Origin: an uncultured Chloroflexia bacterium
Lineage (GTDB): Bacteria; Chloroflexota; Limnocylindria; Limnocylindrales; CSP1-4
Assembly (NCBI GenBank): GCA_963814115.1
Contig: CAWFBS010000014.1
Coordinates: forward strand, 20,556 to 84,555
Length of the DNA stretch: 64,000 bases
Direction of reading: 5' to 3'
Below are positions 1 to 9,422 of this stretch, piece by piece. The position numbers and the translations under genes were made by a program. Each line of letters starts with the position of its first letter. Within the stretch, counting starts at the first letter, position 1. The notes beneath the pieces were generated by a model that made no database searches, had not been told where the DNA came from, and saw only the letters and a program-made list of their open reading frames with translations.

Positions 1-338
1 GTCCACCACTCGACCCAGCAGCGCGGCACCCACCGGGACCTGCACGACCCGGCCGGTGGTCTTGACGACGTCGCCTTCCTTGATCGCGGTTGCGTCGCCC
101 AGGATGACCGCGCCGACGGTCTCCTCGGCCAGGTTCAGGGCCATGCCCATGACACCGCCGGGAAACTCGAGGAGCTCGGACGCCAGCGCACCCTCGAGCC
201 CGAAGATCGTGGCGATGCCATCACCGACCTCGACCACGGTGCCGATGTTGCGCGTCTCCGCGGTCGGATCGAAGTTGTCGATGTTGGCCTTGATGATGCT
301 GATGATCTCGTCGGATCGGATGGCCATTCGGTGCTCCG
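1..338 (-). CDS. atpA: ATP synthase F1 alpha subunit, N-terminal part (continues beyond window start)
   Basis: Reverse translation from ATG (complement of 336-338) gives [58 protein letters not shown]..., the conserved AtpA N-terminus. It lies downstream of atpH in the operon. It is not in the ORF track because it has no stop within the window. Confidence 0.85.
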
Positions 339-351
339 TTCGGGTGCGGGG

Positions 352-897
352 TCAGTGGGCTCCGGCGACGAGGCTGGCGCGGAGCCGCGCAAGCCCTCCC
401 CGCACGCTGGCATCGATGAGTCGGTCGCCGATGCGGACGGTCAGCCCGCCGATCAGCTCCGGGTCGACCGCGGCCGTCACCTCGACGCGGCCGCCTGACG
501 CGGCCTCGACGCGCGCGGCGACAGCCGCGAGATCGGCCGGTTCCAGGGGCAGGGCGCTGGTGACGTTCGCCACGACCACGCCGTTCTCACGGTCCACGAT
601 CTGCCTGAACTCGGCGACGACGCGGGGCAGGATCGCGAGCCGGCCCCGCCTGGCGAGCAGGAGGACCAGGTTGCGGGCAGGCACGCCCACGCGGGTGCCC
701 AGCAGGCTCGTGATGATCACCCGCCGGTGCTCCCAGGCAATCGCGGGGTTGTCGACGACCGTGGCGGCCGCATCCGCCCCGACGATCTCCTCGGCGAGGC
801 TGAGGTCGCCCAGCCACGCCTCGAGCGTCCCGTCACGGCGGGCAAGCTCCAGCGCAGCTTCCGCATAGCGGCGAGCGGCGGTCGTCGGGGCGGCCAT
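352..897 (-). CDS. atpH: ATP synthase F1 delta subunit (OSCP)
   Basis: 181-aa ORF with OSCP-like sequence (…LLGTRVGVPARNLVLLLARRGRLAILPRVVAEF…). Its start ATG at 895-897 overlaps the atpF stop (ATGA). Confidence 0.85.
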   Translation of the reverse strand: MAAPTTAARRYAEAALELARRDGTLEAWLGDLSLAEEIVGADAAATVVDNPAIAWEHRRVIITSLLGTRVGVPARNLVLLLARRGRLAILPRVVAEFRQIVDRENGVVVANVTSALPLEPADLAAVAARVEAASGGRVEVTAAVDPELIGGLTVRIGDRLIDASVRGGLARLRASLVAGAH

Positions 898-1493
898 CAG
901 GATGCAGGCTCGTCGGTCGCGGGCCCGCCCGCGGCTGACCCGCTGACGGCCGACTCGGCGAGGAATTCCTCGACGAGGTGGCGCTGCCGGTCGCTGCTCA
1001 TCGTCTCGCGCACGACGCGGCCGGCGGCCTCGAGGGCCAGGCTGGCGACGTCCGCCCGCAGGGCGGCAATGGCGCGGACTTTCTCGGCTTCGATCTCGGC
1101 CGAGGCACGCTCGCGCATGCGAGCCAGCTCCTCGCGAGTTGCGGCGATGTCGGCAGCGCTGCTCTCCTGGGCGAGCTTCTGGGCGCGCTCCAGGAGCTCC
1201 CGGGCGTCACGCCGCGCGGCGTTGAGCTCGGCGACCGCCGCCGCCTCGCCGGCGGCGCGCTCGATCCGGGCCTGGTCGGCGTCGTGGATGCCCTGCTCGA
1301 TCCGCGCCCTGCGCTCCCGGAGCGTCACCCCGATCGGCTTGAGGACGATCAGGTAGAGGACCGCGAAGAACACGAGGAAGTTGAGGGCCGCGACGATGAT
1401 CCAGAACAGGTTGATGGTCAACCCGCCGGTCGCGGTGTCCGCCTGGAGGCGGACGACCTCGCGGGCCGCCTGCCCGGCGTCGACGATTGCCAC
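897..1493 (-). CDS. atpF: ATP synthase Fo subunit b
   Basis: 198 aa with an N-terminal TM helix (LTINLFWIIVAALNFLVFFAVLYLIVL) followed by a long charged coiled-coil region rich in A/E/R, typical of the b subunit. GTG start. Position between atpE and atpH. Confidence 0.85.
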   Translation of the reverse strand: MAIVDAGQAAREVVRLQADTATGGLTINLFWIIVAALNFLVFFAVLYLIVLKPIGVTLRERRARIEQGIHDADQARIERAAGEAAAVAELNAARRDARELLERAQKLAQESSAADIAATREELARMRERASAEIEAEKVRAIAALRADVASLALEAAGRVVRETMSSDRQRHLVEEFLAESAVSGSAAGGPATDEPAS

Positions 1494-1514
1494 GCTCAGA
1501 CTCCGGTTCGTCGC

Positions 1515-1724
1515 CTACTTGATGAAGATGGCCAGAAGACCGACGACCACCGCCAGGACGCCGAGGCCTTCGGCGAACGCCGCGAGGATGATCGCGAGGC
1601 CGCGGATCTGGGCAGTGGCGTCCGGGTTCCGGCTGATCGCGCTGCTCGACATGCCCGCGAGGATGCCGATGCCGATGCCCGGGCCGATGACGCCGATGGC
1701 GGCAATTGCGCCGAGATGGTCCAT
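1515..1724 (-). CDS. atpE: ATP synthase Fo subunit c
   Basis: 69-aa proteolipid MDHLGAIAAIGVIGPGIGIGILAGMSSSAISRNPDATAQIRGLAIILAAFAEGLGVLAVVVGLLAIFIK. Only the 3' 210 nt of the 474-aa track ORF 1515..2939 is real. Confidence 0.9.
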   Translation of the reverse strand: MDHLGAIAAIGVIGPGIGIGILAGMSSSAISRNPDATAQIRGLAIILAAFAEGLGVLAVVVGLLAIFIK

Positions 1725-1777
1725 GAGTTGTTCTCCCTCCTGCTTCCGGGGGTCTCCCGGGGTCTGGTGATGAGCGA

Positions 1778-2773
1778 TCACGCCCCCGATGGGCTGGCTT
1801 GCAAGGCGGGTCCGGGCACGTCTCCTGCCGCGTTGACGGACTTTGCAGGGGCGTGGCCTTCTTCCTCTTCGTGGCTCTCGACGGCGATCAGAATGAACAT
1901 GAGCGAGAGGACGCTGAAGATCAGCGCCTGGACCAGGTTCAGCAGGAACTCCAGCCCGTACAACGCCACCGGCAGGATCGCGACCGTGAGGCCAGTGACC
2001 ACACCGAGCGCCACCTCGCCCCCGTAGATGTTGCCGAAGAGTCGCATGGACAGCGTAACGGGCTTGATGAACTCGAGGAAGAGCTCGGTGAGGCCCACGA
2101 ACATGGCGATCGAGCCGGCGGCCACGCCGTTCCGGAACTCGCCGATCGGGAAGAACTTGCCCAGGTAGCCGATGATCCCCAGCTTTCGGAAGCCTTCGGC
2201 CTCGAAGACGATGAAGCTGAGGAGCGCCAGGCCGATCGTCACGTTGAGGTCGCTGGTCGGGGCGCGCAGCTCCTCGATCTTGCTGACCGGCGGGACGAGG
2301 CCGATCCAGTTGCCCGCCACGATGAAGATGAAGAGGCCGGCGAACCAGGGCACGTACGGCCGGGCAGCGTCGCCGCCCAGCGAGAGCCCGAAGTTCTCCA
2401 GCGATTCGTAGGCCAGCTCCGCGGCGTTCTGGAGGAAGCCCGGGATCACGTCGCGGCGGCGGGTCATGCCGATCGCCATCGCCAGGACGACCAGGATGAC
2501 GATCCACATGGTCAGAAGCGTGTTCGTGATGCTGGGCCAGAAGCCGATCTCGAGCGGACCCGTGGGGGTGGGATTGGCCGGGTCGAGATCCACGATCACA
2601 TGGGGCGCGGGGAGCTCGAGGTTCCCATCGATAAAGCAGGTGGGGTAGGCGCAGGTGGAGCCGGACGCCGCCCCCGGCTCGGCCGGGGGCACGGCGATGT
2701 AGGCGAGGACGTCCAGGACGATCACGGCAAGCACGAGGTAGCCGAGGGTGCGCCGGGTCAGGAATTGGCTCAC
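1778..2773 (-). CDS. atpB: ATP synthase Fo subunit a
   Basis: a-subunit motifs (…LSMRLFGNIYGGEVALGVV…, C-terminal EEE-rich tail). Start uncertain. I prefer the internal GTG at 2773 (GAAGG 7 nt upstream) over the track ATG at 2866, because the first 31 codons of the track ORF are basic low-complexity. Confidence 0.8.
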   Translation of the reverse strand: MSQFLTRRTLGYLVLAVIVLDVLAYIAVPPAEPGAASGSTCAYPTCFIDGNLELPAPHVIVDLDPANPTPTGPLEIGFWPSITNTLLTMWIVILVVLAMAIGMTRRRDVIPGFLQNAAELAYESLENFGLSLGGDAARPYVPWFAGLFIFIVAGNWIGLVPPVSKIEELRAPTSDLNVTIGLALLSFIVFEAEGFRKLGIIGYLGKFFPIGEFRNGVAAGSIAMFVGLTELFLEFIKPVTLSMRLFGNIYGGEVALGVVTGLTVAILPVALYGLEFLLNLVQALIFSVLSLMFILIAVESHEEEEGHAPAKSVNAAGDVPGPALQASPSGA

Positions 2774-2877
2774 GCGGCCGCCTTCGCCGGCTTCCGTCGC
2801 GCGCGCATCCAAGTGCCGCTGCTCGCCACGCTCTCTCCGTGCAACGGAGCGGGGCCGGTTCGCCACGCTCGCTCAGG

Positions 2878-3096
2878 TCAATCGTCGAAGGTCGCCAGGA
2901 ATCGCCCGATGAGTCTGTAGACAGCCCTGGCGCCCACACCGAGCCCCAGGAAGAGCCCGACGATCACGAAGATCGGCAGCGTTCGCAGCTGCTTGTCCAC
3001 CCAGTATCCGCCCAGCACACCCACCAGGACCGTCACGAGGAGCACGAGGCCGATCTCGGAGAAGAGTGCGAAATATCCCCAGGCCCGTTCGGGCAC
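2878..3096 (-). CDS. AtpI/AtpZ-like small membrane protein (ATP synthase protein I family)
   Basis: 72-aa two-TM protein VPERAWGYFALFSEIGLVLLVTVLVGVLGGYWVDKQLRTLPIFVIVGLFLGLGVGARAVYRLIGRFLATFDD from GTG 3096 (GGAGC upstream). It sits immediately upstream of atpB. The rest of track ORF 2878..4596 is antisense artefact. Confidence 0.6.
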   Translation of the reverse strand: MPERAWGYFALFSEIGLVLLVTVLVGVLGGYWVDKQLRTLPIFVIVGLFLGLGVGARAVYRLIGRFLATFDD

Positions 3097-3224
3097 GGTC
3101 GTCCGGCTCCCTGGCGAAGCCGCGCGAGTATAGCAACGGTCGCGCGACTGGGGCAAACGAGTTCCGGCGCTTCGGGAGAGGTCTGCGGGACGCCGATTCG
3201 CCCTCCGGGCGCGCAGCGGGGCGT

Positions 3225-3965
3225 TCAGGACGATGGGGTTGGCTCGAGCGTGGGCGCCGGTGACGGGACGGGTGTGGGCGCGGGAGGTTGCGTGCCCACG
3301 ACCGGCGTGGAGCTCGCGGTCGGGGTCGGGGTTCGACGTTGCTTCGGGAGCGGGGTGGGCTCGGCTACGGGACGAGGCGTCGCGATCCGGTGGGTCGGGG
3401 TTGGAGTCCGAGTGGCACTCCGACTGCCGGCTGAAGGGGAGCTTCCCGGCCCGGCCCGGGCGCTGCTGCGCGCGTGCGTCGCGCGCGGCGTCGCGGTGCC
3501 GGCGGCACCGAGCGACCCCGCAGGCACCGACCCTCCGGGGGCCAGCTTCGCCGGAATCGACGTGGCGGCGAGGACGCCGCTTTCCGGGGCGGCGTTCGAT
3601 TGGGGCAGAAGGCTGACAACCAGGGCACCGAGGACGCCCACGAACAGCAGCGTCGAAGTGTCGCGCCAGAGCCGGCGGCGCGGCGAGAAGACCGTCGGTG
3701 GCTCCGGACCCACTGGCTTCGGCCCCGCTGGCTGCGTGCTCGCCGGCTCCGGACGCGCCGCCCACGTGCTCGCCGGCTCCGGATGGACTGGCGGCGGACC
3801 TGCCACCCAGTCGAGTCGCTGCCAGATCAGGCGCTCCTGGCGCTGATCGCGCTCGGCCCGCCGGCGCCGTCGGCGGCCGCGCTCCCGCGCGACGAGCACG
3901 AGGCCGAGGACCAGCGCGGCAACCGCGACGGCCGCGGCGACGAGCAGGAATGCGGGCGGGATCAT
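3225..3965 (-). CDS. hypothetical membrane-anchored Pro/Thr/Ala-rich protein
   Basis: Start ATG overlaps the stop of the upstream channel gene (ATGA at 3962-3965). It has an N-terminal TM helix, then an R6 stretch, then a low-complexity PEPAS/TPTP-rich region with internal nucleotide direct repeats (~3750-3800). Confidence 0.45.
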   Translation of the reverse strand: MIPPAFLLVAAAVAVAALVLGLVLVARERGRRRRRRAERDQRQERLIWQRLDWVAGPPPVHPEPASTWAARPEPASTQPAGPKPVGPEPPTVFSPRRRLWRDTSTLLFVGVLGALVVSLLPQSNAAPESGVLAATSIPAKLAPGGSVPAGSLGAAGTATPRATHARSSARAGPGSSPSAGSRSATRTPTPTHRIATPRPVAEPTPLPKQRRTPTPTASSTPVVGTQPPAPTPVPSPAPTLEPTPSS

Positions 3966-5029
3966 CCCTGCCCGGGACCCGGTGGTCGTCCCCCGCCGTC
4001 CGGGTCGGCGCGGGCGGCCGCGAGCGCCTCGGCCGAACCGGACGCGATGAACGTCTCGCCAGCGGCGAGCCTGCGGTCATCCGGCGGATTGGCGGCGTAC
4101 CGATCGTCGGTCCCGAGGATCGCGAGCACGAAGATCCCGCGCGCGCGGAGGTCGCCGACGGTGGCGCCCTCCAGCCGGCCCCCGGCCCGGGCGTGCAGCT
4201 CCTCGAGGCTGAAGGAGAGCTCACCATGGGACAGCGCGGCGTCGAGGAAGTCCACGACGCGGGGCCGAACCGCGAGCTCGGCCAGCCGCCGGCCCGCCAT
4301 GGTGTAGGGCGAGACCACCCGGTCGGCGCCGGCGCGGGCCAGCTTCTCCTCTGCGGACGGCGTGCTGGCCCGACCCACCACGAACAGGCCCGGGTTGAGC
4401 GCTCGTGCGGAGAGAATGACGTAGACGTTCTGGGCGTCGGAATCGATCGTGGCGACCAGGCCCTTCGCCCGCGTGATCCCGCCGGCGCGCAACGTCGCGT
4501 CGTCGGTGGCATCGCCCTCAACGACCAGGTAGCCGTCGTCGCGGGCGCGCCGGAGCGACTCCGGGTTGACGTCGATGACCACGAACAATTCCCCATCGTG
4601 GACCAGCTCGTGGGCGACGGTGGACCCCACCCGGCCGTACCCGCACACGACGAAGTGGCCGCGAAGCTCGTCCACCTGGCGTGTCATGTGGCGCCCGACC
4701 CTCCGTCCACTGGTGGCCTCGGTCACGAGATACTCGGTCAGGAGGCCGACACTGCCGAAGATCAGGACCACGCCGAACCCCGTGACGAGCATCGTCCACG
4801 CGCGGCCACTCTCGTCAAGGGTTCGGACCTCGCGGAAGCCGGCCGTCGTGACGCTGATGACCGTCATGTAGAGCGCGTCCGAGAGGTTCCAGCCCTCGAG
4901 GAGCATGTACCCGGCGGTCCCGACCGCGAGGGCCGCGCCAACGACCACGAGCCAGGTCCGGAGTCCCGGCGCCGCCACGAGCGCGCTGAACGCGTCAAGC
5001 GCCCACGATTCCTGGCGCGACCGCTTCAC
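3962..5029 (-). CDS. ion channel with TrkA/RCK (TrkA-N + TrkA-C) regulatory domains
   Basis: 355 aa: two TM helices and a pore-like segment (SVTTAGFREV), followed by a Rossmann-like RCK domain (HFVVCGYGRVGSTVAHEL…) and a TrkA-C domain. The selectivity-filter-like motif is non-canonical (TTAGF rather than TVGYG). Confidence 0.7.
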   Translation of the reverse strand: MKRSRQESWALDAFSALVAAPGLRTWLVVVGAALAVGTAGYMLLEGWNLSDALYMTVISVTTAGFREVRTLDESGRAWTMLVTGFGVVLIFGSVGLLTEYLVTEATSGRRVGRHMTRQVDELRGHFVVCGYGRVGSTVAHELVHDGELFVVIDVNPESLRRARDDGYLVVEGDATDDATLRAGGITRAKGLVATIDSDAQNVYVILSARALNPGLFVVGRASTPSAEEKLARAGADRVVSPYTMAGRRLAELAVRPRVVDFLDAALSHGELSFSLEELHARAGGRLEGATVGDLRARGIFVLAILGTDDRYAANPPDDRRLAAGETFIASGSAEALAAARADPDGGGRPPGPGQG

Positions 5030-5090
5030 GTCGCCACCTCACGGCAAGCGGGTCCGACCCGGTTGGGCTGGCGCCCCAAGCGTACCGCCC

Positions 5091-6155
5091 TCAGGAAGCG
5101 TCGTCCCCGCCCGCGGCGCGGCTCAGCACGAAGAGCCCCAGCCCGAAGATCACGAAGACACCCAGGAACGCATACATCTGCCCGGTTCCGGAGAGGACGA
5201 GAGAGAGCACCGCCAGCGCGATGCAGACCGCGTAGATGACAAGGACCGTCTGGCGGTGGGACAGGCCGAGGTCCAGCAGGCGATGGTGGATGTGGCCACG
5301 ATCGGGCGAGAACGGCGAGCGGCCCTCTGACAGGCGCCGGACGATGATCCAGAACGTGTCGATGATCGGGACGCCGAGCACCAGGAGGGCGACCGCCACC
5401 TTGGCGCTGCCCAGGATCGCGAGCAGCGCCAGCACGTAGCCGATCACCATCACACCGCTGGTCCCGACGAAGATCGAGGCCGGGTGAACGTTCCAGCGGA
5501 GGAAGCCCAGGAGCGCTCCGGCCAGAGCGAAGCAGAGGAGGGCGATCGCCGGCTGGTCGATGTTCCCGGTGAGGCTGATCGTCCCCAGGGTCAGCGCGGC
5601 GATCAGGGCAACCCCGGACGAGAGCCCGTCCAGCCCGTCGATGAAGTTGATGCTGTTGATCATGCCCAGGATCCACAGCACCGCGAACGCGGCGCCGAAG
5701 GCCCCGTCAAGCCGGATGAAGCCGGGCCCAAACGGGTTGGCGAGCTGGCCCACCGTGATGCCGAGACCCACCGCCACGCCCGCGAGCACGAGCTGCCCGG
5801 CGAGCTGCCAGCGGGCCCGCAGGTCGAACCAGTCGTCCAGGCTGCCGATCAGGGCGGCCAGCGCCGCACCGCCGATGAGCGCGACAACCTCGGTCGCCAC
5901 GGGCGCGTCCGAGGCGGGCCAGATCCTGAACATCGCATCGGCCACCATGAGGCCCAGCGCGGTGATCACGAACGCGGCGGCCACCGCGATCCCCCCGCCG
6001 CGCGGCACCGGCGCCGTGTTGACGCGCCGCTCCCCGGGATGGTCCAGCACGTCGAAGCGGCGCGCGAACCGACGGACGATCGGCGTGAGAAGGAGGGCCA
6101 GGATCGCGGCGATGGCGAAGGCGCCGAGGGCGGGGAGCTCGACACCCTCGCTCAC
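5091..6155 (-). CDS. wecA: MraY/WecA-family polyprenol-phosphate N-acetylhexosamine-1-phosphate transferase (GT4 family)
   Basis: Polytopic membrane protein with characteristic motifs (…DDWFDLRARWQ…, INSINFIDGLDGL, …HIHHRLL…). The GTG start at 6155 avoids overlap with glyA. Its position upstream of the atp operon matches actinobacterial rfe/wecA synteny. Confidence 0.75.
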   Translation of the reverse strand: MSEGVELPALGAFAIAAILALLLTPIVRRFARRFDVLDHPGERRVNTAPVPRGGGIAVAAAFVITALGLMVADAMFRIWPASDAPVATEVVALIGGAALAALIGSLDDWFDLRARWQLAGQLVLAGVAVGLGITVGQLANPFGPGFIRLDGAFGAAFAVLWILGMINSINFIDGLDGLSSGVALIAALTLGTISLTGNIDQPAIALLCFALAGALLGFLRWNVHPASIFVGTSGVMVIGYVLALLAILGSAKVAVALLVLGVPIIDTFWIIVRRLSEGRSPFSPDRGHIHHRLLDLGLSHRQTVLVIYAVCIALAVLSLVLSGTGQMYAFLGVFVIFGLGLFVLSRAAGGDDAS

Positions 6156-6159
6156 GGGA

Positions 6160-7440
6160 TCACGCCTCGGGCAGCCCCGGGACGGGGAAACGCCCACAGA
6201 TGTCGCGAACCTCGGCGCCGACCCTGGCCTGCTCGGCCGGCTCGTCCCGGGAGGTGAGCGACTCCACGATCAGCCGGCCGATCTCGCGCATCTCGTCCGG
6301 ACCGAACCCGCGCGTGGTGGTGGCCGGTGTGCCGATGCGGATCCCGGAGGCGATGTTGGGCGGCTTCGGGTCGAACGGGATCGCGTTCTTGTTGACGGTG
6401 ATGCCGACCTCGTCGAGGAGGCGCTCCGCTTCCCGGCCGGTCACCCCGAACGGCGTCACGTCGATGCTCAGCATGTGGTTGTCCGTGCCCCCGGTGATCA
6501 CGCGCCCGCCCCGGGAATCGATCTCGGCGGCAAGAATGCGCGCGTTCTCCGCCGTGCGACGCTGGTCCTCCCGGAACGCGGGAGTCGCGGCCAACCGGAG
6601 GGCCACGGCTTTCGCGGCGATGATGTGCATCAGCGGCCCGCCCTGCGTGCCCGGGAAGACGGCCTTGTCCACCTGCCGGGCAAGTGCGGTTGACGAGAAG
6701 ACCAGGCCGCCCCGCGGACCGCGGAGCGTCTTGTGGGTGGTCGTCGTGACGAGGTCCGCGTGCGGGAACGGCGACGGATGCTGCCCGGCCGCCACCAGCC
6801 CGGCGATGTGCGCCATGTCCACGAGCAGGTAGGCCCCCACGCCATGGGCGATCGCCGCGAAGCGCTCGAAATCCAGGATCCGCGAGTACGAGCTGGCCCC
6901 CGCGATCACGAGCTTCGGGCGAACCTCGGCCGCCAGCCGCTCGACCGCGTCGTAGTCGATCCGCTCGGTCGCACGATCGACGCCGTACGCATGGACCTCG
7001 AACCATTTGCCGCTGATGTTGACGGGCGACCCATGGGTCAGATGGCCGCCGTCGGCGAGGCTCATCCCGAGGATCCGGTCGCCCGGGGAGAGAACGGCGT
7101 AGAACGCCGCGAGGTTCGCCGGCGCGCCCGCGTGTGGCTGCACGTTGACGTGCTCAGCGCCAGGGAACAGCGCGAGCGCGCGGTCCTGGGCGAGGCGTTC
7201 CACGACGTCAACGTACTCACAGCCACCGTAGTAGCGGTGGCCCGGCAAGCCCTCCGCGTACTTGTTGGTGAGCCAGGAGCCCTGCGCTTCCATGACCGCG
7301 GCGAACGTGTAGTTCTCGCTCGCGATCAGCTCGATCTTCCAGCGCTGGCGGTCCGCCTCGCCGCGCATCGCGGACCAGACCTCTGGGTCCAGCTCCGCGA
7401 TTGTCGCCCACGCGGCTCGCGCGGCGTCCGTCCCGCTCAT
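6160..7440 (-). CDS. glyA: serine hydroxymethyltransferase
   Basis: Strong SHMT similarity (…IELIASENYTFAAVMEAQGSWLTNKYAEGLPGHRYYGGCEYVD…, HKTLRGPRGG). Start ATG 7438-7440 is preceded by AGGAGT. Confidence 0.9.
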   Translation of the reverse strand: MSGTDAARAAWATIAELDPEVWSAMRGEADRQRWKIELIASENYTFAAVMEAQGSWLTNKYAEGLPGHRYYGGCEYVDVVERLAQDRALALFPGAEHVNVQPHAGAPANLAAFYAVLSPGDRILGMSLADGGHLTHGSPVNISGKWFEVHAYGVDRATERIDYDAVERLAAEVRPKLVIAGASSYSRILDFERFAAIAHGVGAYLLVDMAHIAGLVAAGQHPSPFPHADLVTTTTHKTLRGPRGGLVFSSTALARQVDKAVFPGTQGGPLMHIIAAKAVALRLAATPAFREDQRRTAENARILAAEIDSRGGRVITGGTDNHMLSIDVTPFGVTGREAERLLDEVGITVNKNAIPFDPKPPNIASGIRIGTPATTTRGFGPDEMREIGRLIVESLTSRDEPAEQARVGAEVRDICGRFPVPGLPEA

Positions 7441-7604
7441 CCTGACTCCTTCCTGGTCACCCCCGGGGCTCCCGCGCCTGCGGTGACCCCCGACCTGCCG
7501 TGCCCGCGCCCGCCGGCTCGCGGGCCATTGTGGCCCAACCATGCGCGCCTGTCCGCGGGTCGGCGAACGGTGCCGGCCCGAGACCGGCGCATCTGCCGCG
7601 CGAG

Positions 7605-8471
7605 TCAGGCGGCGGGGCGGCCGATCACGAACGCCTCCAGCACCTGTGCCGCCCCATCCTCATCGAACGGCGGAGCCACCAGCGCCGCGGCCTCCAGGAG
7701 CTCCGCCGGGCCGTGCGGCATCGCCACGCCGAGACCCGCTTCCTCGATCATCTCGAGGTCGTTGAGCTGGTCGCCGATGGCCATCGTGTCGCGCAGGTCG
7801 ATGCGCAGCCGGCGGGCAAGCCAGCGCACCGCCGCGCCCTTGCTCACGCCGGGAGCGACGAACTCGAGGAACTTCGGGTGGCTCACGGTGACGTCGGCGC
7901 GCCCGGCGAAGTCGGACCGCGCGCGGGGAAGCAGCTGTCTCGGCAAGGGAGCGTCTCCCACGGAGATCACCTTCGTCACCGGGTGGCGTGCCCACGCATC
8001 GAGGTCGGGAACCATCACGACCCGCCCGAAGTTGAACCGCACGTACTCCGCCGCGCGGCTGTCGCCGGCGAGGATCACCATCTGCTCCAGGTGGTTCAGG
8101 TGAGGCTCCAGCCCGTTGGCCCGGCACCACGCGAGCGCCTCGCGGGCGACGACGGCCGGGAGCGGCCGATGGTAGAGGAGCCGCCCGAGGCCGGGTCGGC
8201 CGGGGGCCGGCATCTCGCGGATCAGGGCACCCTGCATCCCCACGATCGGCGCGCGCAGCCCGAGCTCCCGCGCAAACGGGAGCGCTGAGCTGGTCATCCG
8301 GCCGGTGACGATCGCGACGGCCACGCCCGCGTCCACGGCGGAACGCACCGCGGCCACGGTCCGGGGCCGGATCCGCATGTCGTCGCCCACCACGGTCCCG
8401 TCCAGGTCCAGCGCCACCAGCCGGATCCGGAGCGGACCGCCACCCGGCACCGTCGCCGGGGAGGGGTTCAC
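7605..8471 (-). CDS. Cof-type HAD-IIB family hydrolase
   Basis: HAD motifs DLDGTV (motif I) and GDQLNDLEM (motif IV). GTG start at 8471 overlaps the prmC stop by 4 nt (GTGA). Confidence 0.7.
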   Translation of the reverse strand: MNPSPATVPGGGPLRIRLVALDLDGTVVGDDMRIRPRTVAAVRSAVDAGVAVAIVTGRMTSSALPFARELGLRAPIVGMQGALIREMPAPGRPGLGRLLYHRPLPAVVAREALAWCRANGLEPHLNHLEQMVILAGDSRAAEYVRFNFGRVVMVPDLDAWARHPVTKVISVGDAPLPRQLLPRARSDFAGRADVTVSHPKFLEFVAPGVSKGAAVRWLARRLRIDLRDTMAIGDQLNDLEMIEEAGLGVAMPHGPAELLEAAALVAPPFDEDGAAQVLEAFVIGRPAA

Positions 8472-9412
8472 GGGCGTGCCTCCCGGGCCCGGGAGGGCCC
8501 GACGACCCGGGCGATCCTGGGCCGGCCGGCGAGGTCCGCAACGATCTCGCAATCCCATCCGGGCGGGAGCGATCTGACAGCGGCTTTCATGGCCTCCATT
8601 TGGTCCGAGCCGATCTCGAGCAACGCCAGCCCGCCCTCGCTCAATCGATCCGGCAGACACCGCAGGAGGCGCCGGATGACAGCCAGCCCATCCGGTCCGC
8701 CGTCGAGCGCCTCTGGCGGCTCGAACCGGACCGGCGGCGGGAGGCCGGCAAGATCCCCCGTACGGATGTAGGGCAGGTTCGCGCAGACCAGGTCGAACCG
8801 AGCCGGAACGCTGAGCATCCCCGCGGCGACGTTGGCCTCCGGCAGCAGGTCGGCAACCGCGACCCCAACACGGTCGGCCACGCCGTGCGCGACCACGTTC
8901 TCCCGGGCGAGCGCAGCCGCCTCTGGCGACAGGTCGGACGCGACGATCTCGACCTCGCCGGCCATCCCCAGCCGGCGCAACGCGACCGCGATGGCCACCG
9001 CGATCGCGCCGCTGCCCGTCCCGACATCGGCGACGGCGACGGGCGGCGTTCCGGCGGGTCGTGGCGCGCGACCCAGCACGTCCGCGACCTCCGCGAGCGC
9101 CAGGTCCACGAGGAGCTCCGTCTCCGGCCGGGGCACCAGCGCCCGGGCATCGGTGACGAGCGCCAGGCCATGGAACTCCTTGATTCCACGGATGTAGGCC
9201 ACGGGCTCGCCGGCGGCGCGCCGCTCGAGCGACAGCGCGAAGCGCGCCGCCGGACCGTCTCCCGCAGGAGCGCCGGGATGGGCGATCACGCCGGTCCGAT
9301 CCGTGCCGAGCGCGTCCGCCAGCAACAGCTCGGCGTCCAGCCGGGCGCTCGGCGAACCGGCCGCTCGGAGGTGGTCCGTGCCCGCGGCCAACAGGTCGCC
9401 GACGGTTGCCAT
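8468..9412 (-). CDS. prmC: peptide chain release factor N5-glutamine methyltransferase
   Basis: HemK/PrmC family: SAM-binding VADVGTGSGAIAVAIA, an NPPY-like motif (CANLPYI), and a position immediately downstream of prfA. Confidence 0.85.
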   Translation of the reverse strand: MATVGDLLAAGTDHLRAAGSPSARLDAELLLADALGTDRTGVIAHPGAPAGDGPAARFALSLERRAAGEPVAYIRGIKEFHGLALVTDARALVPRPETELLVDLALAEVADVLGRAPRPAGTPPVAVADVGTGSGAIAVAIAVALRRLGMAGEVEIVASDLSPEAAALARENVVAHGVADRVGVAVADLLPEANVAAGMLSVPARFDLVCANLPYIRTGDLAGLPPPVRFEPPEALDGGPDGLAVIRRLLRCLPDRLSEGGLALLEIGSDQMEAMKAAVRSLPPGWDCEIVADLAGRPRIARVVGPSRAREARP

Positions 9413-9422
9413 CCGGCCGCGC

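Noticed and set aside
1515-2939. 474-aa minus-strand ORF
   Set aside because: Only the last 69 codons (atpE) are real. The rest is antisense or shadow translation across atpB in another frame.
2878-4596. 572-aa minus-strand ORF
   Set aside because: Only the C-terminal 72 codons form the AtpI-like gene. The upstream part is Arg/Pro-rich artefact overlapping the TrkA-channel and hypothetical genes in other frames.
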